DNA of 64,000 bases from Candidatus Poribacteria bacterium (GCA_963663765.2 CAXXUA010000002.1:237894-301893); one strand, 5' to 3'. Counted from the stretch's first letter, positions 29,235 through 40,254 are shown. Made by a program: numbers and translations. The notes: a model not told the origin generated them from the sequence alone.

Positions 29235-29547
29235 ATATCAATTCAAATAAATCTTGTCTCATTAAGGAATTCTACTGTTTACTGGCAGGGGGTTACTCTC
29301 TTCGGTAGGAGCGACCTCCCGGTCGCGACCGGGAGGTCGCTCCTACCAGATTTCCGCTGCTAATGAGACATTATCACATGAAAATGGTATAATACCAATT
29401 CAAATAAATCTTGTCTCATTAAGGAATTCTACTGTTTACTGGCAGGGGGTTACTCTCTTCGGTAGGAGCGACCTCCCGGTCGCGACCGGGAGGTCGCTCC
29501 TACCAGATTTCCGCTGCTAATGAGACATTATCACATGAAAATGGTAT
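29235..29547. repeat. Tandem pair of a 156-bp MITE-like unit (IS630-like ends), each with a perfect 44-bp palindrome
   Basis: Units 29235-29390 and 29392-29547 near identical; palindromes at 29304-29347 and 29461-29504. Confidence 0.9.
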
Positions 29548-29843
29548 TATTTCTAATTCTAAGTGGGTGTGCAGTTTCTATTGGTGGAATATTTTATCTA
29601 AATTTCTTAGGATTTGAAGAAACCCGGTTTCGTGTTGATGTTCCCAGTTGACCAGGACCAAGTTGGGAAAAGCACAGTAAAGTTTTTGTAGCAGAATTAA
29701 TCAATGTATTTCTAAGTTTGATAGACTGAATAATACTTATTGGAATTGTCATCATTGTTGTCTTAATAGTTCTTAAGGTGGATCAAGCACTTATCGGTTC
29801 TTTTGTTCAACGAAAAAAACCTACTCCGTAAGTACAGATATGA

Positions 29844-30212
29844 TTATATGTTTGTATCTAACAATATTCCATCCTTTATTAGCAACTGCATTTGACTTTG
29901 ATTAATAAATGTAGGATTTTCGCTTTTCCTTTCAAATTGCATTAGATTTGTTATTCCTGATATGCCATCTAACGTATCATTTGTTTCAGATCGATTTTTC
30001 TCACGTGGTTTTTGCTCAATAGTGTCTTTTGTTTTGATTTTAGACATTTCTGAAGTTTTTTCCAAGTGTTCTACGCCAACGTTTCTATCAGTATATTGTT
30101 CATCTATGGAAGCCATGACACTGTGAAACCAAAAATAGCATCCCAGTGTGAAAACGATGAGGAAACAGGTACCACCAATTATCCAGTTTTCTACGGAAAA
30201 TTCTTTAAACAT
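29844..30212 (-). CDS. Hypothetical protein with N-terminal membrane anchor, possibly truncated
   Basis: MFKEF...WIIGGTCFLIVFTLGCYFWF TM segment; purine-rich RBS. Confidence 0.5.
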   Translation of the reverse strand: MFKEFSVENWIIGGTCFLIVFTLGCYFWFHSVMASIDEQYTDRNVGVEHLEKTSEMSKIKTKDTIEQKPREKNRSETNDTLDGISGITNLMQFERKSENPTFINQSQMQLLIKDGILLDTNI

Positions 30213-30630
30213 TTTTTCTCCCTTATATTTCCTTTGTCCATTTAGCATCTACGTGGTATTTCATATAATCTTGGATTTTCTCGGTTACAGAATTAGACAC
30301 TCTGGTAAACAGATTGTTCTAAATAATTCAACCATCAATCTCAATTAACAATCAGACTTCAATAAATATTCACAACTAATAATACCTTTCTGTTATTAAA
30401 GAGACAATAATAGCCAAAAAGGTTGCACTTTTTTCAAAAAAAATGCATTTATTTTGATTAACATCAATTATTACTTGTACTCAGACATAAGATCATGTAG
30501 GTAATGTCATGCTCTTGAAATATTTCCAACTTATTGGACATCAGTTTTGTACTCCGAGAATCTATTAAAATGAAGAAATGAATCCCTGTTCATTGCAAAC
30601 AGGAACGTTACTTTACAATCTCATGTTTAC

Positions 30631-31143
30631 GGGTGTGTAAAGTTTTTGCACAGAGGTACTAACTTTTGTTCTCTTTAGTCCCGTAGGGACGCAATGTTTA
30701 TAGAAAGACGTTATCACATCCCTCTCTTTAGTTCCGTAGGAACGATATAGAAGGATAAACATATCGTCCCTATGGGACTGAAGAATATGGTTAATATTAA
30801 CAATATTTCTTTATATTGACACCTAATGAGGTTTGACAATCAAAATCGGTAGTTGAATTCGTAGGGGTTGGGTTCCCCAACCCGTTGGTTTTTGAGTTTG
30901 CGTAGAACATGTGTGGAAACCACGTCCCTACGAATACACAACTTGAACGTCAAAACTCATTAGGACTCTGTGTCCGCAATCTCTCATTTAATCAGTTGCG
31001 GCGGGGCACAGAGACCCGGGGAATGCCAAAATGGCATTCATACCCGGGGAATGCCAAAAGGCATTCATACCGTTGATTTCTTGATTACTTGATTTCGCCC
31101 TACAATGGAGAGTGGGATGTTTGTGCAAAAACTTTACACACCC
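30631..31143. mobile_element. Composite MITE family B
   Basis: TIR GGGTGTGTAAAGTTTTTGCACA; 10-bp TSD TCATGTTTAC; colinear with 41548..41976. Confidence 0.9.
30822..30964. mobile_element. Nested element family D (TIR CCTAATGAG.TTTGAC)
   Basis: Inverted ends; second copy at 41736..41875 in the same context. Confidence 0.7.
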
Positions 31144-31203
31144 TCATGTTTACATGTTTACTGAACGCTTGAAATTTTGACAAAAATACTGTAAACTAAA
31201 TAT

Positions 31204-32568
31204 ATGGGACAATTGAGTATCATCCTAATTGCAGGTTTCTTATGTCTTTTTGCCTATGAAATACCTGAAGACATTGAAGAGATAAATACTGTGCAGACGC
31301 TTCTCTGGACTCTTCTTCTGACACTGGGTCCAGTATTGATAGCATATATTGTTACAAGTGTTGTTCCAAGAGTGCTTAAAGCTTACAAAATAATAACAGG
31401 CAAAGTTTTTTCTGATCTCGGAATATACCGTTTTGCTATAGAGTTGTTGTGTTTGGGCGGATTCATAATTAATCTTTTCATACTTGACCTGCCATTATAC
31501 GTCCACCTGCATCTATTATTTTTTCCATTATATGAACTACGTCAAAGTTTATCAATAATTCCACTTATAATCAGTTTAATTGGTGTTCGTTTGGTATTTC
31601 ACCAATTGAATCGTAGCAGTGGTATTCGTTATAGAGACCTTATTTCATTTCACTTGAAATTCCTGCTCATTCCACTCGTACCATTGCTAATTTATCTAAC
31701 GACACTTGATGTATTGGTAAGACTTCCGGAGAATGTATTGGAGTTTCTTGGGGAACATTCCTATCTATTGTTCGGATTACTGGTTCCGGTGTTAGCGGGT
31801 GCATATATTTTTGCACCATTGCTGATGCAGTTTATGTGGAAGACAACACCATTGAAGGATGTTGTGTTACGGGAGAAGTTGGAGAAATTGACAGAAAAGA
31901 GTAAGACGAAATACAAAGATATTGCTGTTTGGCAAACAGGTTCTTTATTAATTGCAAATGCTGCTGTGGCGGGGACACTTCACTGGAATAGGCGTATCTT
32001 TCTCACGGACGCTCTACTACAATACTTTTCGGATGACCAAATAGAAACTATCGTCGCACACGAACTTGGACACATCCGTTATAGACATATTCCTACTTAT
32101 GTTCTATTTTCTCTATTGTACTTACTCAGTTATCCTCTTTTTTCTGTTTTTATAGAGCAACCGTTTTTGAGACTCTTTCCAGAAAATCTTGTTGAGAATT
32201 ATCCAATCGTAACTTCAATTGGTACTCTGATATTTTTTATATTGTATTTTATCTTTGGATTTAGATATGTTTCGCGGCGATTTGAACACCAAGCTGATTT
32301 ATATGCAGTTTCTTTGACAAACAAACCTGAGGTGTTTATTTCTGCATTAGAACGATTAGCTATATTCAATAGCATTCCTATAACAGTTCGTCGGATTATT
32401 GAACTCTTCAATACACACCCTTCTATCCATAGACGCGTTGACTTTATAAGACGGCACATTAAAGGCGATGAATTAATTGCTCGTTACCAAAACTACCTGC
32501 TTGAAGCGAAGATTTTAGTCTTATTACTACCTATATTCTTAGCAGTAGTCCTTATTCTATTCTTATAA
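31204..32568 (+). CDS. M48 (Ste24/HtpX-like) membrane zinc metalloprotease
   Basis: AHELGH, FEHQAD and THPS motifs; several TM segments. Confidence 0.9.
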   Translation: MGQLSIILIAGFLCLFAYEIPEDIEEINTVQTLLWTLLLTLGPVLIAYIVTSVVPRVLKAYKIITGKVFSDLGIYRFAIELLCLGGFIINLFILDLPLYVHLHLLFFPLYELRQSLSIIPLIISLIGVRLVFHQLNRSSGIRYRDLISFHLKFLLIPLVPLLIYLTTLDVLVRLPENVLEFLGEHSYLLFGLLVPVLAGAYIFAPLLMQFMWKTTPLKDVVLREKLEKLTEKSKTKYKDIAVWQTGSLLIANAAVAGTLHWNRRIFLTDALLQYFSDDQIETIVAHELGHIRYRHIPTYVLFSLLYLLSYPLFSVFIEQPFLRLFPENLVENYPIVTSIGTLIFFILYFIFGFRYVSRRFEHQADLYAVSLTNKPEVFISALERLAIFNSIPITVRRIIELFNTHPSIHRRVDFIRRHIKGDELIARYQNYLLEAKILVLLLPIFLAVVLILFL

Positions 32569-32581
32569 ATTCAGATTCCAT

Positions 32582-32893
32582 CTATTCAGGTTCAAGTACA
32601 AATTTCAATTTGTCAATTGCACGATTGATTGGCAATTCGTAAAATTTTTGTAGTACCCGCAGCTCATTAGCTATGTCAAAAGCTACAAGTATTGGAATCC
32701 TTGATTCATCATAACCCTTTTGCCGAAAACTCTCTATCCTGCTTTTTACATAAGTAACCAAGACATCAATATCCTCTGCAGTCAAGTCCTCAGTGGGTTT
32801 AATAGAATAAGGGATACCTAATATTACAAAACGGATAGTAGACATATCTGAATCATCTTGTATTTCTTCTTCTGTCCGTTGTTCTTCTTGCAT
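32582..32893 (-). CDS. zapA: Cell division protein ZapA-like
   Basis: ILGIPYSIK...YVKSRI...ILVAFDIANEL pattern; about 100 aa. Confidence 0.65.
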   Translation of the reverse strand: MQEEQRTEEEIQDDSDMSTIRFVILGIPYSIKPTEDLTAEDIDVLVTYVKSRIESFRQKGYDESRIPILVAFDIANELRVLQKFYELPINRAIDKLKFVLEPE

Positions 32894-32997
32894 GCTTGTT
32901 CCTTTCAGTTATATTTCAATACTACGCCACTGCGTCTTGATTGCAAACTATGGTATTTCTAATTTAGTGAAAAAGTCATATATTTATTATTATTTAT

Positions 32998-33879
32998 TCA
33001 CAAGAGTGCTTGTTGCATCGTTTCTACACACGGGGTTACACCTGTCCAACGTTCAAAGGCAATCACTCCTTGATGTACCAACATTCCGAGTCCACCCACG
33101 ATGTGACATTGTTTTTCTGCAGCTACAGTTAATAACGTTGTCATTGGCGGAGTATATACAATATCATAAACAATAGTCTCCGATTGTAACCATTCCGGAT
33201 TAATTATCAATGGTAAAGAAGCATCCATGCTTGATGATGAAGTATTTACAAGTAAAGCACAGTTCTTAACTGCATTAGGTAATCGCGTATCTTGTAGACC
33301 CATACCAGTGAGTAAGGTCTTTTGTCCAACGTTGTTTCTAAGTGTATATGTTTTTTCAGATAGTTCTTCTGCTAACGAAATTGCTTTTGATAATGTTCGG
33401 TTTGCAATCACAACTGAACGTACACCCGCAAATACCAATGCAACTACAATTGCCCGTGCTGACCCACCAGCACCTAATACAACAACATCCTTTCCAACTG
33501 GCACGGATGCACCTGTTTCTTCTAATGCTCTTATGAAGCCTGGGGCATCTGTATTTTCACCATGTATCTTTCCTTCAGAAAAAGTTAGTGTGTTTACAGC
33601 ACCTATGAGTTCTGCTTCCTGTGAGATAGATGAGAGAAATGGTATCACTGCTTGTTTGTGGGGAAGCGTAACATTTATACCGACAACGTTTAGTGCCTTA
33701 AATCCATTCATTGCATCAGCAACTGCATGTTCTGATACGTTGAACGGTACATATACAAAATCGAGTCCTGCTTTTGCGAGTGCAGCATTATGCATCTGAG
33801 GTGAACGACTGTGCTCAACTGGTGCACCGATGACACCGACAATGCAAGTACTTCCAGTGATAATATGTGACTTGTCCAT
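32998..33879 (-). CDS. aroE: Shikimate dehydrogenase
   Basis: HSRSPQMHN, NVTLPHK, GAVNT, NTD, GAGGSA, DIVY motifs. Confidence 0.95.
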   Translation of the reverse strand: MDKSHIITGSTCIVGVIGAPVEHSRSPQMHNAALAKAGLDFVYVPFNVSEHAVADAMNGFKALNVVGINVTLPHKQAVIPFLSSISQEAELIGAVNTLTFSEGKIHGENTDAPGFIRALEETGASVPVGKDVVVLGAGGSARAIVVALVFAGVRSVVIANRTLSKAISLAEELSEKTYTLRNNVGQKTLLTGMGLQDTRLPNAVKNCALLVNTSSSSMDASLPLIINPEWLQSETIVYDIVYTPPMTTLLTVAAEKQCHIVGGLGMLVHQGVIAFERWTGVTPCVETMQQALL

Positions 33880-33962
33880 TTGACAGATTGGAACTCTTTC
33901 AATTCTTATTTTGATAAACTAATTATGTATTGCACATGAATAGAGTTTTTGAATTGTATTTA

Positions 33963-36900
33963 TTATGTCAACAATTTTTCAACTGTAGTTTTCGCTTCAT
34001 CCATCGTCGGATAGCGAATTTCTCTATATCCACGTACGTTTTCAACACATTCTAAAGCTTTCACATGCTTTGAATAACTATCGTCGTCTGTAGGAGAAAA
34101 TGTATCAATTACTTCACGGATATACCATTCACGAAATTCTTTCTCTTTTGCATGCCATTTGGACAACCATCGTCGCAAAAACTTCATCCGTTTCATCAAG
34201 TGAAGCATCCAATTACGTGCGTTCATGTCATGTTCAATTTCAAAACCCATCACGGTGAAATGTGGACGATTGAGATGTAGGTATTTGATTTTATCACCGT
34301 TTTTCTCATCAACATTGTAACGAATTTTGTCCCGTGCAAGTTTTTCTTTGCTTGTCAATAGATGAGAAACATATACCTCATCCTTAATCAACATTACTTT
34401 ATGTAAGTATTTTATTGCTGCTTTTGTAGCACGCAAATTATGGGAATCCTTTTCATATATCTGCTCAATTTTTTCAATATATCTTTGTGCATATTTTATA
34501 TCTTCAAACTGGATTAAGTCATAAACGTAGATTGCGAATAATCTGTTTGTGGCTTCGTCAAGACCGAGTCTTTTTACTGAATCTTCAACTATATTTTTGT
34601 ATGTATTTGCGATTCTTTTTCCACGAGATTTTTCTGATAGGATAGTTCTTTTTTCTTCCAAAGTTTCCTCATAAGTCTTATTAGGAATATCGGAAAAATA
34701 TTCTAATGTTGCTTTTTCATTATTTTCGTTAATTGCAAGACGTCTACCAATCTCAAAAGCATTCATATTCTGTTCTAAATCTGAACGTTTCACCATTTGC
34801 TTCATTGCCAGTTGCATAGGTTTCAGTTCAATGGGGATCATTCCACGTTGGAATGCTACTCCCAATATCATAATATTTGCGTATAACTTAGTCCCAAACA
34901 ATTGTTCTGATATATCAAATAGATTTATTCCCACATACTCATTTGTATTCTGTTGAATAGTGCTTTCCAACGAATCGGTTTCAAAACTATCTTTCCCGAT
35001 GAGCGTAGACATCGTCTCATTTTTAGCAGTATTTACAACTGCATTTGTTCGTTTCATTGATGCAACTCGGAAAACAGAATCTGCAGAAATTCCTCTGACG
35101 GTTTCTAATATATCAAGTCCTAACACCAAATCTGCTTTCCCATAAGGAATAATTGGAGATATCTTAGCATCTTTATGCGTGTAAGTAACGTGTGTATAGA
35201 CCCCACCATTGCGAATTGCTAACCCTTTCCTATCACAGAAATGAATTTCATAGCCTTGGATAAAGCCTGCAACTACGAGGATTTTTGAAATTGTTCCAAT
35301 TCCCATACCCCCAACTCCTGCAGCATAAACACTCCAAACCTTGTCAATGTTTCTTGGAGGCGGTGGTGGCAAAGGTTGACCACCATCCAAACCAATCTGC
35401 GCTAACAATTTAGTCAATCCTGTTTCTTCCCAACTTTCATTTGATGCGTTACTTTTATCCGTGGGTTCTTCACTCAGCTGAATTGTTTGTGAACGTGGGG
35501 GACGTTTCCGTGTAACAACAACTTCTTCAAAGGATGGACAAGCATATTTAATCCTTGCACAAGCACCATCGGTAACACAGTTAGAACGGTCAATAGCAAT
35601 TTTGTCACCATAATCAGTATCAATGATTTTTAAGGCAGGGCAGCCGGTGGATTTTGTGCATTCTAAACAGAACTCACATACTTCTGGAGTAATGTTTATG
35701 TGTTTTTCTACCTTTAAAAAACCGTTTTTTTCTTTTATTGCTTGCTGCTCTCGTCTAAGCCGTCTGTGGAAAGTTATAGCACATTCTTTATCTGCTATAA
35801 TAATTTTTACACCAGATTTTAAGATGGTTTTCTCAAGATATTTTTTATAGTTTACACGTTCTTCGGGATTAACCCTAACAATTGTGATTTCAGATTTCCC
35901 TGCTAAACCTTGTGCAACTGTTTCAATATCCTGAGCAAACGTTGGATTTCCAAGAATATCCAATCCACCTGCAGGTGTCGGCTGGTGTCCTGTCATTGCT
36001 GTTGTTTGGTTATCTAATATAATGTAAGTTATATCTTGGTCATTTTTTATAGAATCGGAGATTGCTGACATTCCACCGTGGAAAAAGGTGGAATCCCCCA
36101 TGAAAACAATCTGTTTGTTGACAATGAATGGGTCAATTCCAGCACCTGCACCACCACCCAACGTCATCGCAGATAGATTATGCATCAAGCGCGGAAAGGG
36201 TTCATACTTGAGCATTGAATAGCAACCAATATCACCATGAAAAACAAGATCCACTGGAGAAGACTTGTGGTGTTTTTCCATATAGTCTTCATCCAAGAAA
36301 TGATCCGTTATTTCAAGTAGAACACTAGATGAATCTCTGTGTGGACAACCAGGACAGAAGGTAGGTGTACGTGTAGGAATGTCGGTCTTTATTTCAGCTA
36401 CTTCTTGTTGTAACGCTGCTTCCTGCGAAAAAAGTTGGATATCAACAGGGGCAGTTGAAGTATAATTTCCGTTGTTTGATTTTTCTGTAAAGAGAGGTAT
36501 AAGTCGTTGGATAAGAATTGAAGTATCTAATCCTGCTTCAATTGGTATACCGGACAATCCATTAGGGAACTGTTTACCCCACACATTTATATACTTCTTC
36601 AGTTTACCTTCTTGAAACTTCTGTGTCAAATATGCCTTAATTTCATTTTCAAGGATTGGACGTTTCTCTTCAATAACAAATAATTCATCCAACTCTTGTG
36701 CAAACTCATGAATTATATCTGTATCAAGCGGATGTGTCATACCGAGTTTCAAGATAGGAATACTGCCACTGATGTTTAATTCTGTTAGTGCATGTTCCAA
36801 ATAGCAGTAACTAAATCCAGATGTAATAAACCCAATTTTCAAATTGCCGTTGTTTGTTGTGAAGTTTTCTTTGTTAGTTGTAGAATAAAGTATTTTGTTT

Positions 36901-37628
36901 AGACCTAATCGTTTTGCTGTTTCAAGTGCGTTTGGGAGTCTTTCTTGAAGGGTTTCTATCTCAATTCGAGCAGTATCTGGTGGTAAGACCACGCGTTGCT
37001 CAGTAGAAATGAGTGTCGTATCTAATTCAGTTTGATCTATGTGACTAATTGAAGAATATTGATTTGGGTTTAATTCAACATTGCCACCACCATCTGCTTG
37101 ATTCTGCGTTATTAAAAAGCATGAGTATAGATTTGCTTTTGTGGAGACTTCAAATGCAACATTTATCCAATTTTTTATCTCTTGCCAGGTCGCAGGTTCT
37201 ATGAGTGGCATGTAAAGGTGACGTGCCAAAATACGTGAATCTGCAGGAACTTGTGTACTATATGACCATGTATCATCTCCAACTACGACAACGGCGCCAC
37301 CTGTTGTACCAGCAAGATTGCTAATAGCAAGAGCATCAGAAGCAACATGCATGCCGACACTTTTCATAAACGAGATTGCACGTAAATCTGCCATTTGTGA
37401 ACCGTTTAAACGTGCAACACTCAATGCTTCATTGTTTGCTATTTGTGCGACAATTCCGTTTGATTTAAGGAGTTCCGCATTTCGTTGTAGAACGTCAAAC
37501 ACCTCAGCAAGAGGAGAACCGGGATAACCCGTCAATAGGCTAACACCGCTCTCCAATGCGCCTTTAACAAGTAACTCACAACCGGTAAAAACGTTGGTAC
37601 CGTTTGATTGTATAAACCTTTCATCCAT
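33963..37628 (-). CDS. Indolepyruvate:ferredoxin oxidoreductase family, fused alpha/beta
   Basis: GYPGSP, FCPGCPH, GDIGC, MGDSTFFH, TAMTGHQP, Fe-S Cys motifs, GVGGMG, KDEVYV. Confidence 0.88.
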   Translation of the reverse strand: MDERFIQSNGTNVFTGCELLVKGALESGVSLLTGYPGSPLAEVFDVLQRNAELLKSNGIVAQIANNEALSVARLNGSQMADLRAISFMKSVGMHVASDALAISNLAGTTGGAVVVVGDDTWSYSTQVPADSRILARHLYMPLIEPATWQEIKNWINVAFEVSTKANLYSCFLITQNQADGGGNVELNPNQYSSISHIDQTELDTTLISTEQRVVLPPDTARIEIETLQERLPNALETAKRLGLNKILYSTTNKENFTTNNGNLKIGFITSGFSYCYLEHALTELNISGSIPILKLGMTHPLDTDIIHEFAQELDELFVIEEKRPILENEIKAYLTQKFQEGKLKKYINVWGKQFPNGLSGIPIEAGLDTSILIQRLIPLFTEKSNNGNYTSTAPVDIQLFSQEAALQQEVAEIKTDIPTRTPTFCPGCPHRDSSSVLLEITDHFLDEDYMEKHHKSSPVDLVFHGDIGCYSMLKYEPFPRLMHNLSAMTLGGGAGAGIDPFIVNKQIVFMGDSTFFHGGMSAISDSIKNDQDITYIILDNQTTAMTGHQPTPAGGLDILGNPTFAQDIETVAQGLAGKSEITIVRVNPEERVNYKKYLEKTILKSGVKIIIADKECAITFHRRLRREQQAIKEKNGFLKVEKHINITPEVCEFCLECTKSTGCPALKIIDTDYGDKIAIDRSNCVTDGACARIKYACPSFEEVVVTRKRPPRSQTIQLSEEPTDKSNASNESWEETGLTKLLAQIGLDGGQPLPPPPPRNIDKVWSVYAAGVGGMGIGTISKILVVAGFIQGYEIHFCDRKGLAIRNGGVYTHVTYTHKDAKISPIIPYGKADLVLGLDILETVRGISADSVFRVASMKRTNAVVNTAKNETMSTLIGKDSFETDSLESTIQQNTNEYVGINLFDISEQLFGTKLYANIMILGVAFQRGMIPIELKPMQLAMKQMVKRSDLEQNMNAFEIGRRLAINENNEKATLEYFSDIPNKTYEETLEEKRTILSEKSRGKRIANTYKNIVEDSVKRLGLDEATNRLFAIYVYDLIQFEDIKYAQRYIEKIEQIYEKDSHNLRATKAAIKYLHKVMLIKDEVYVSHLLTSKEKLARDKIRYNVDEKNGDKIKYLHLNRPHFTVMGFEIEHDMNARNWMLHLMKRMKFLRRWLSKWHAKEKEFREWYIREVIDTFSPTDDDSYSKHVKALECVENVRGYREIRYPTMDEAKTTVEKLLT

Positions 37629-37653
37629 AATATAGATGATCCTTTAAATGGTA

Positions 37654-39360
37654 TTATCCATTCAATAATTCACGGGCATGTGCAAGACCGACTTCAGTCT
37701 CTTGGCCACCGTGCATACGTGCGATTTCTGTCACGCGTTCAGAATCAGTTAGCGGTTTAGCTGTAATCAAAGTTCTTTCTTCCACGACCTTTTTTTCCAC
37801 AATAAAATGCCTATCCGCAAAACGGGCTATTTGTGGTAGATGTGTGATACATATTACTTGAGCGGTTTGTGAAAGTTCCTTCAGTTTTTTCCCTACAACA
37901 TCAGCGATTTTACCACCTATTCCACTATCTATCTCATCAAAAAGCACAGTTGGAATGTTGTCAACTTGAACCAAAACTGTCTTTAGGGCAAGCATGACAC
38001 GAGAAATCTCACCGCCAGACGCAATTTTTGTCAATGGACGCAATTCTGTCCCTACATTCGGGGCAATTAAGAATTCAACTTTATCCATTCCGTTTTCACG
38101 GAGTACATATCGTTTGCCATCAATAAGTAATAAACCGTTTGAATCTTCAATGGGTCCAACAGAAGTTTGAAATTCTGCTTTTTCCATCCCTAACTCTTGA
38201 AGTTCTTTTTCAACTAACTTTGACAATCTCTCTGCTACAACCTTCCGTTTGTTAGACAAGGTAATACATAACTCTCGTATTACTTGTTTCATTTCCCTTA
38301 TTTGTGATTGAAGTAATTCTATCTTTTCTGAACCGAGTTCAATATTTTCTAATTTTTTCTCTGCTTCCCCTTGATATTCTAACATTTCTGAAATAGTGTT
38401 TCCGTATCGGCGCTTGAATTTAGAAATAAGTTCAAGTCGATCTGATACTTCAGCAATTCGAGCTGGGTTAAATTCCACTGATTCTGCGTATTGAATTATC
38501 TGAGATGATATATCTTCCAGTTCATATAACGATGAGTCTAATCTCTCACTCAAGTCAGATAAACTATCATCTACTTCAGATAGTTTCGCAACAGTTTTTG
38601 CTGCATCCCTAAGATTCTGTAATATTGAGACACTACTGGCTGAACCTATAGCACCAATATCCCCTTGTATATCACCATCCAGTTGTTCATATACAAGATT
38701 GGTTGACTCATATAATTCTTCAGCGTTATTTAGGATTCCGATCTCTGCAGTCAATTCCTCCTCTTCACCGTTTCTGAGATTTGCCGATGAAAGTTCCTTT
38801 ACCTCAAATTCAAGTAATTCCTTTTCGCGTTCAGAAGTCCTTAATGTATGTATAAGTGTGTCTATTTCCCTTTGTAGATCAAGCAAACTACGATAGTTAT
38901 CACTCACTTGCTTACGTTCTGTATCAGTTTCGCCGAAATCATCCAATAGTTCCAAGTGTGTTTCTGTTCTAAACAAAGATTGATGTTGGTGTTGCCCATG
39001 AATATCAACTAGGAATGAACCAATTTCTTCAAGGGATTTCAAGTTTGCCAATTCTCCATTGATACGACAACGACTTCTTCCGTTTGAACTGATATGCCTT
39101 GATAAAAATAAAATATCCTCTGTGTCAGTATCAATTGGAAGGGGTATAGATGGAAAAACACTAATTTCAACCGATGCTGCATCAGCACCTTCGCGTACTA
39201 TATCAGCAGAAGTACGTTCACCTAATACTAACGCAATTGATCTGAGAATAACGGATTTTCCTGCTCCTGTCTCACCAGTAAAAATGTTTAATCCAGGTGA
39301 TAGTTCCAATTCCAATTCGTCAATCAGAGCAATGTTGCGGATAGAGAGTGTTTCTATCAC
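37654..39360 (-). CDS. recN: DNA repair protein RecN
   Basis: TGETGAGKS, IHGQH, ASGGEISR, FDEIDSG, ITHLPQIA motifs. Confidence 0.96.
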   Translation of the reverse strand: MIETLSIRNIALIDELELELSPGLNIFTGETGAGKSVILRSIALVLGERTSADIVREGADAASVEISVFPSIPLPIDTDTEDILFLSRHISSNGRSRCRINGELANLKSLEEIGSFLVDIHGQHQHQSLFRTETHLELLDDFGETDTERKQVSDNYRSLLDLQREIDTLIHTLRTSEREKELLEFEVKELSSANLRNGEEEELTAEIGILNNAEELYESTNLVYEQLDGDIQGDIGAIGSASSVSILQNLRDAAKTVAKLSEVDDSLSDLSERLDSSLYELEDISSQIIQYAESVEFNPARIAEVSDRLELISKFKRRYGNTISEMLEYQGEAEKKLENIELGSEKIELLQSQIREMKQVIRELCITLSNKRKVVAERLSKLVEKELQELGMEKAEFQTSVGPIEDSNGLLLIDGKRYVLRENGMDKVEFLIAPNVGTELRPLTKIASGGEISRVMLALKTVLVQVDNIPTVLFDEIDSGIGGKIADVVGKKLKELSQTAQVICITHLPQIARFADRHFIVEKKVVEERTLITAKPLTDSERVTEIARMHGGQETEVGLAHARELLNG

Positions 39361-39390
39361 GAGTCTTTCCTTAAATCACCTAACAATTTA

Positions 39391-40254
39391 TTATTTTATT
39401 CTTTCACCTAACATCAACTTTTCACGTAATGCTTTGTAGTAACTATGACTCCTTGAACGGATTAGTTGAATTGTACGTTTTGCTTTACGGACTCTTATTT
39501 CTGCTTCTCTTGTCAATGTATGCGTTTCACGCATACCGTCAATAAATAGGTCAAGGCTTTCATAAGTGGAGTGCATCTCTACCTTTATCTCTGCATCCCC
39601 GTGTGCAATAAAAGGACGCACTGTGAGACTATGAGGAGCGATTGGTGTTAATATCATTGCTTCTAACTGTGGTGCTACAATCGACCCTCCACAAGAAAGT
39701 GAGTATCCAGTTGACCCACTCGGTGTCGCTATAATCAAACCATCAGCATTATAAGGTATAAACAGTTCACCATCAACATAGGCGTTCAATTCAATTAGTC
39801 GTGTGTAGTGTCGTATAACGACATCATTCAATGCGTAAGCATGGAATGGAGAAGGACGCTGACTGTTAACAGAAACATCCAGCATCATTCTGTGCTCAAT
39901 ATGATATTCACCTTTCAATGTAGCGATCAGCGACGGTTTTAATTCATCCAACGATGCGTCAGTTAGAAATCCCAGATGTCCTAAGTTAATAGCAAGAATA
40001 GGTACATTTTCTATATTTGGCGTATGTGCTGCACTCAAAAGAGTGCCATCACCACCGAGAACAAGCACGAGATCAGACAACTCTACCATTTGTGAGATGT
40101 CTACTCCAGTTAGCGGAAATCCAAGGACTTCTGCTTGTTCATCAGGAATTATTGGAATAACATTTTCTTGCTTTAGCAACTGTGAAACTTCAACAACTAC
40201 TTGTGGTGCCTGTTCTTTCGTGGTATTGACAAAAAAACCGACCTTTTTCGTCAT
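39391..40254 (-). CDS. nadK: NAD kinase
   Basis: GGDGT, GHLGFL, ALND, DGLIIATPSGSTGYSLS; ATGA overlap with the upstream gene. Confidence 0.95.
   Translation of the reverse strand: MTKKVGFFVNTTKEQAPQVVVEVSQLLKQENVIPIIPDEQAEVLGFPLTGVDISQMVELSDLVLVLGGDGTLLSAAHTPNIENVPILAINLGHLGFLTDASLDELKPSLIATLKGEYHIEHRMMLDVSVNSQRPSPFHAYALNDVVIRHYTRLIELNAYVDGELFIPYNADGLIIATPSGSTGYSLSCGGSIVAPQLEAMILTPIAPHSLTVRPFIAHGDAEIKVEMHSTYESLDLFIDGMRETHTLTREAEIRVRKAKRTIQLIRSRSHSYYKALREKLMLGERIK

Noticed and set aside
32560-32600. 6S RNA expected downstream of zapA
   Set aside because: Only 13 bp separate zapA from the convergent M48 gene, leaving no room.
33227-33799. Long antisense ORFs (e.g. 33227..33799, 21549..22106, 57431..57760)
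   Set aside because: They are shadow frames of well-supported genes.
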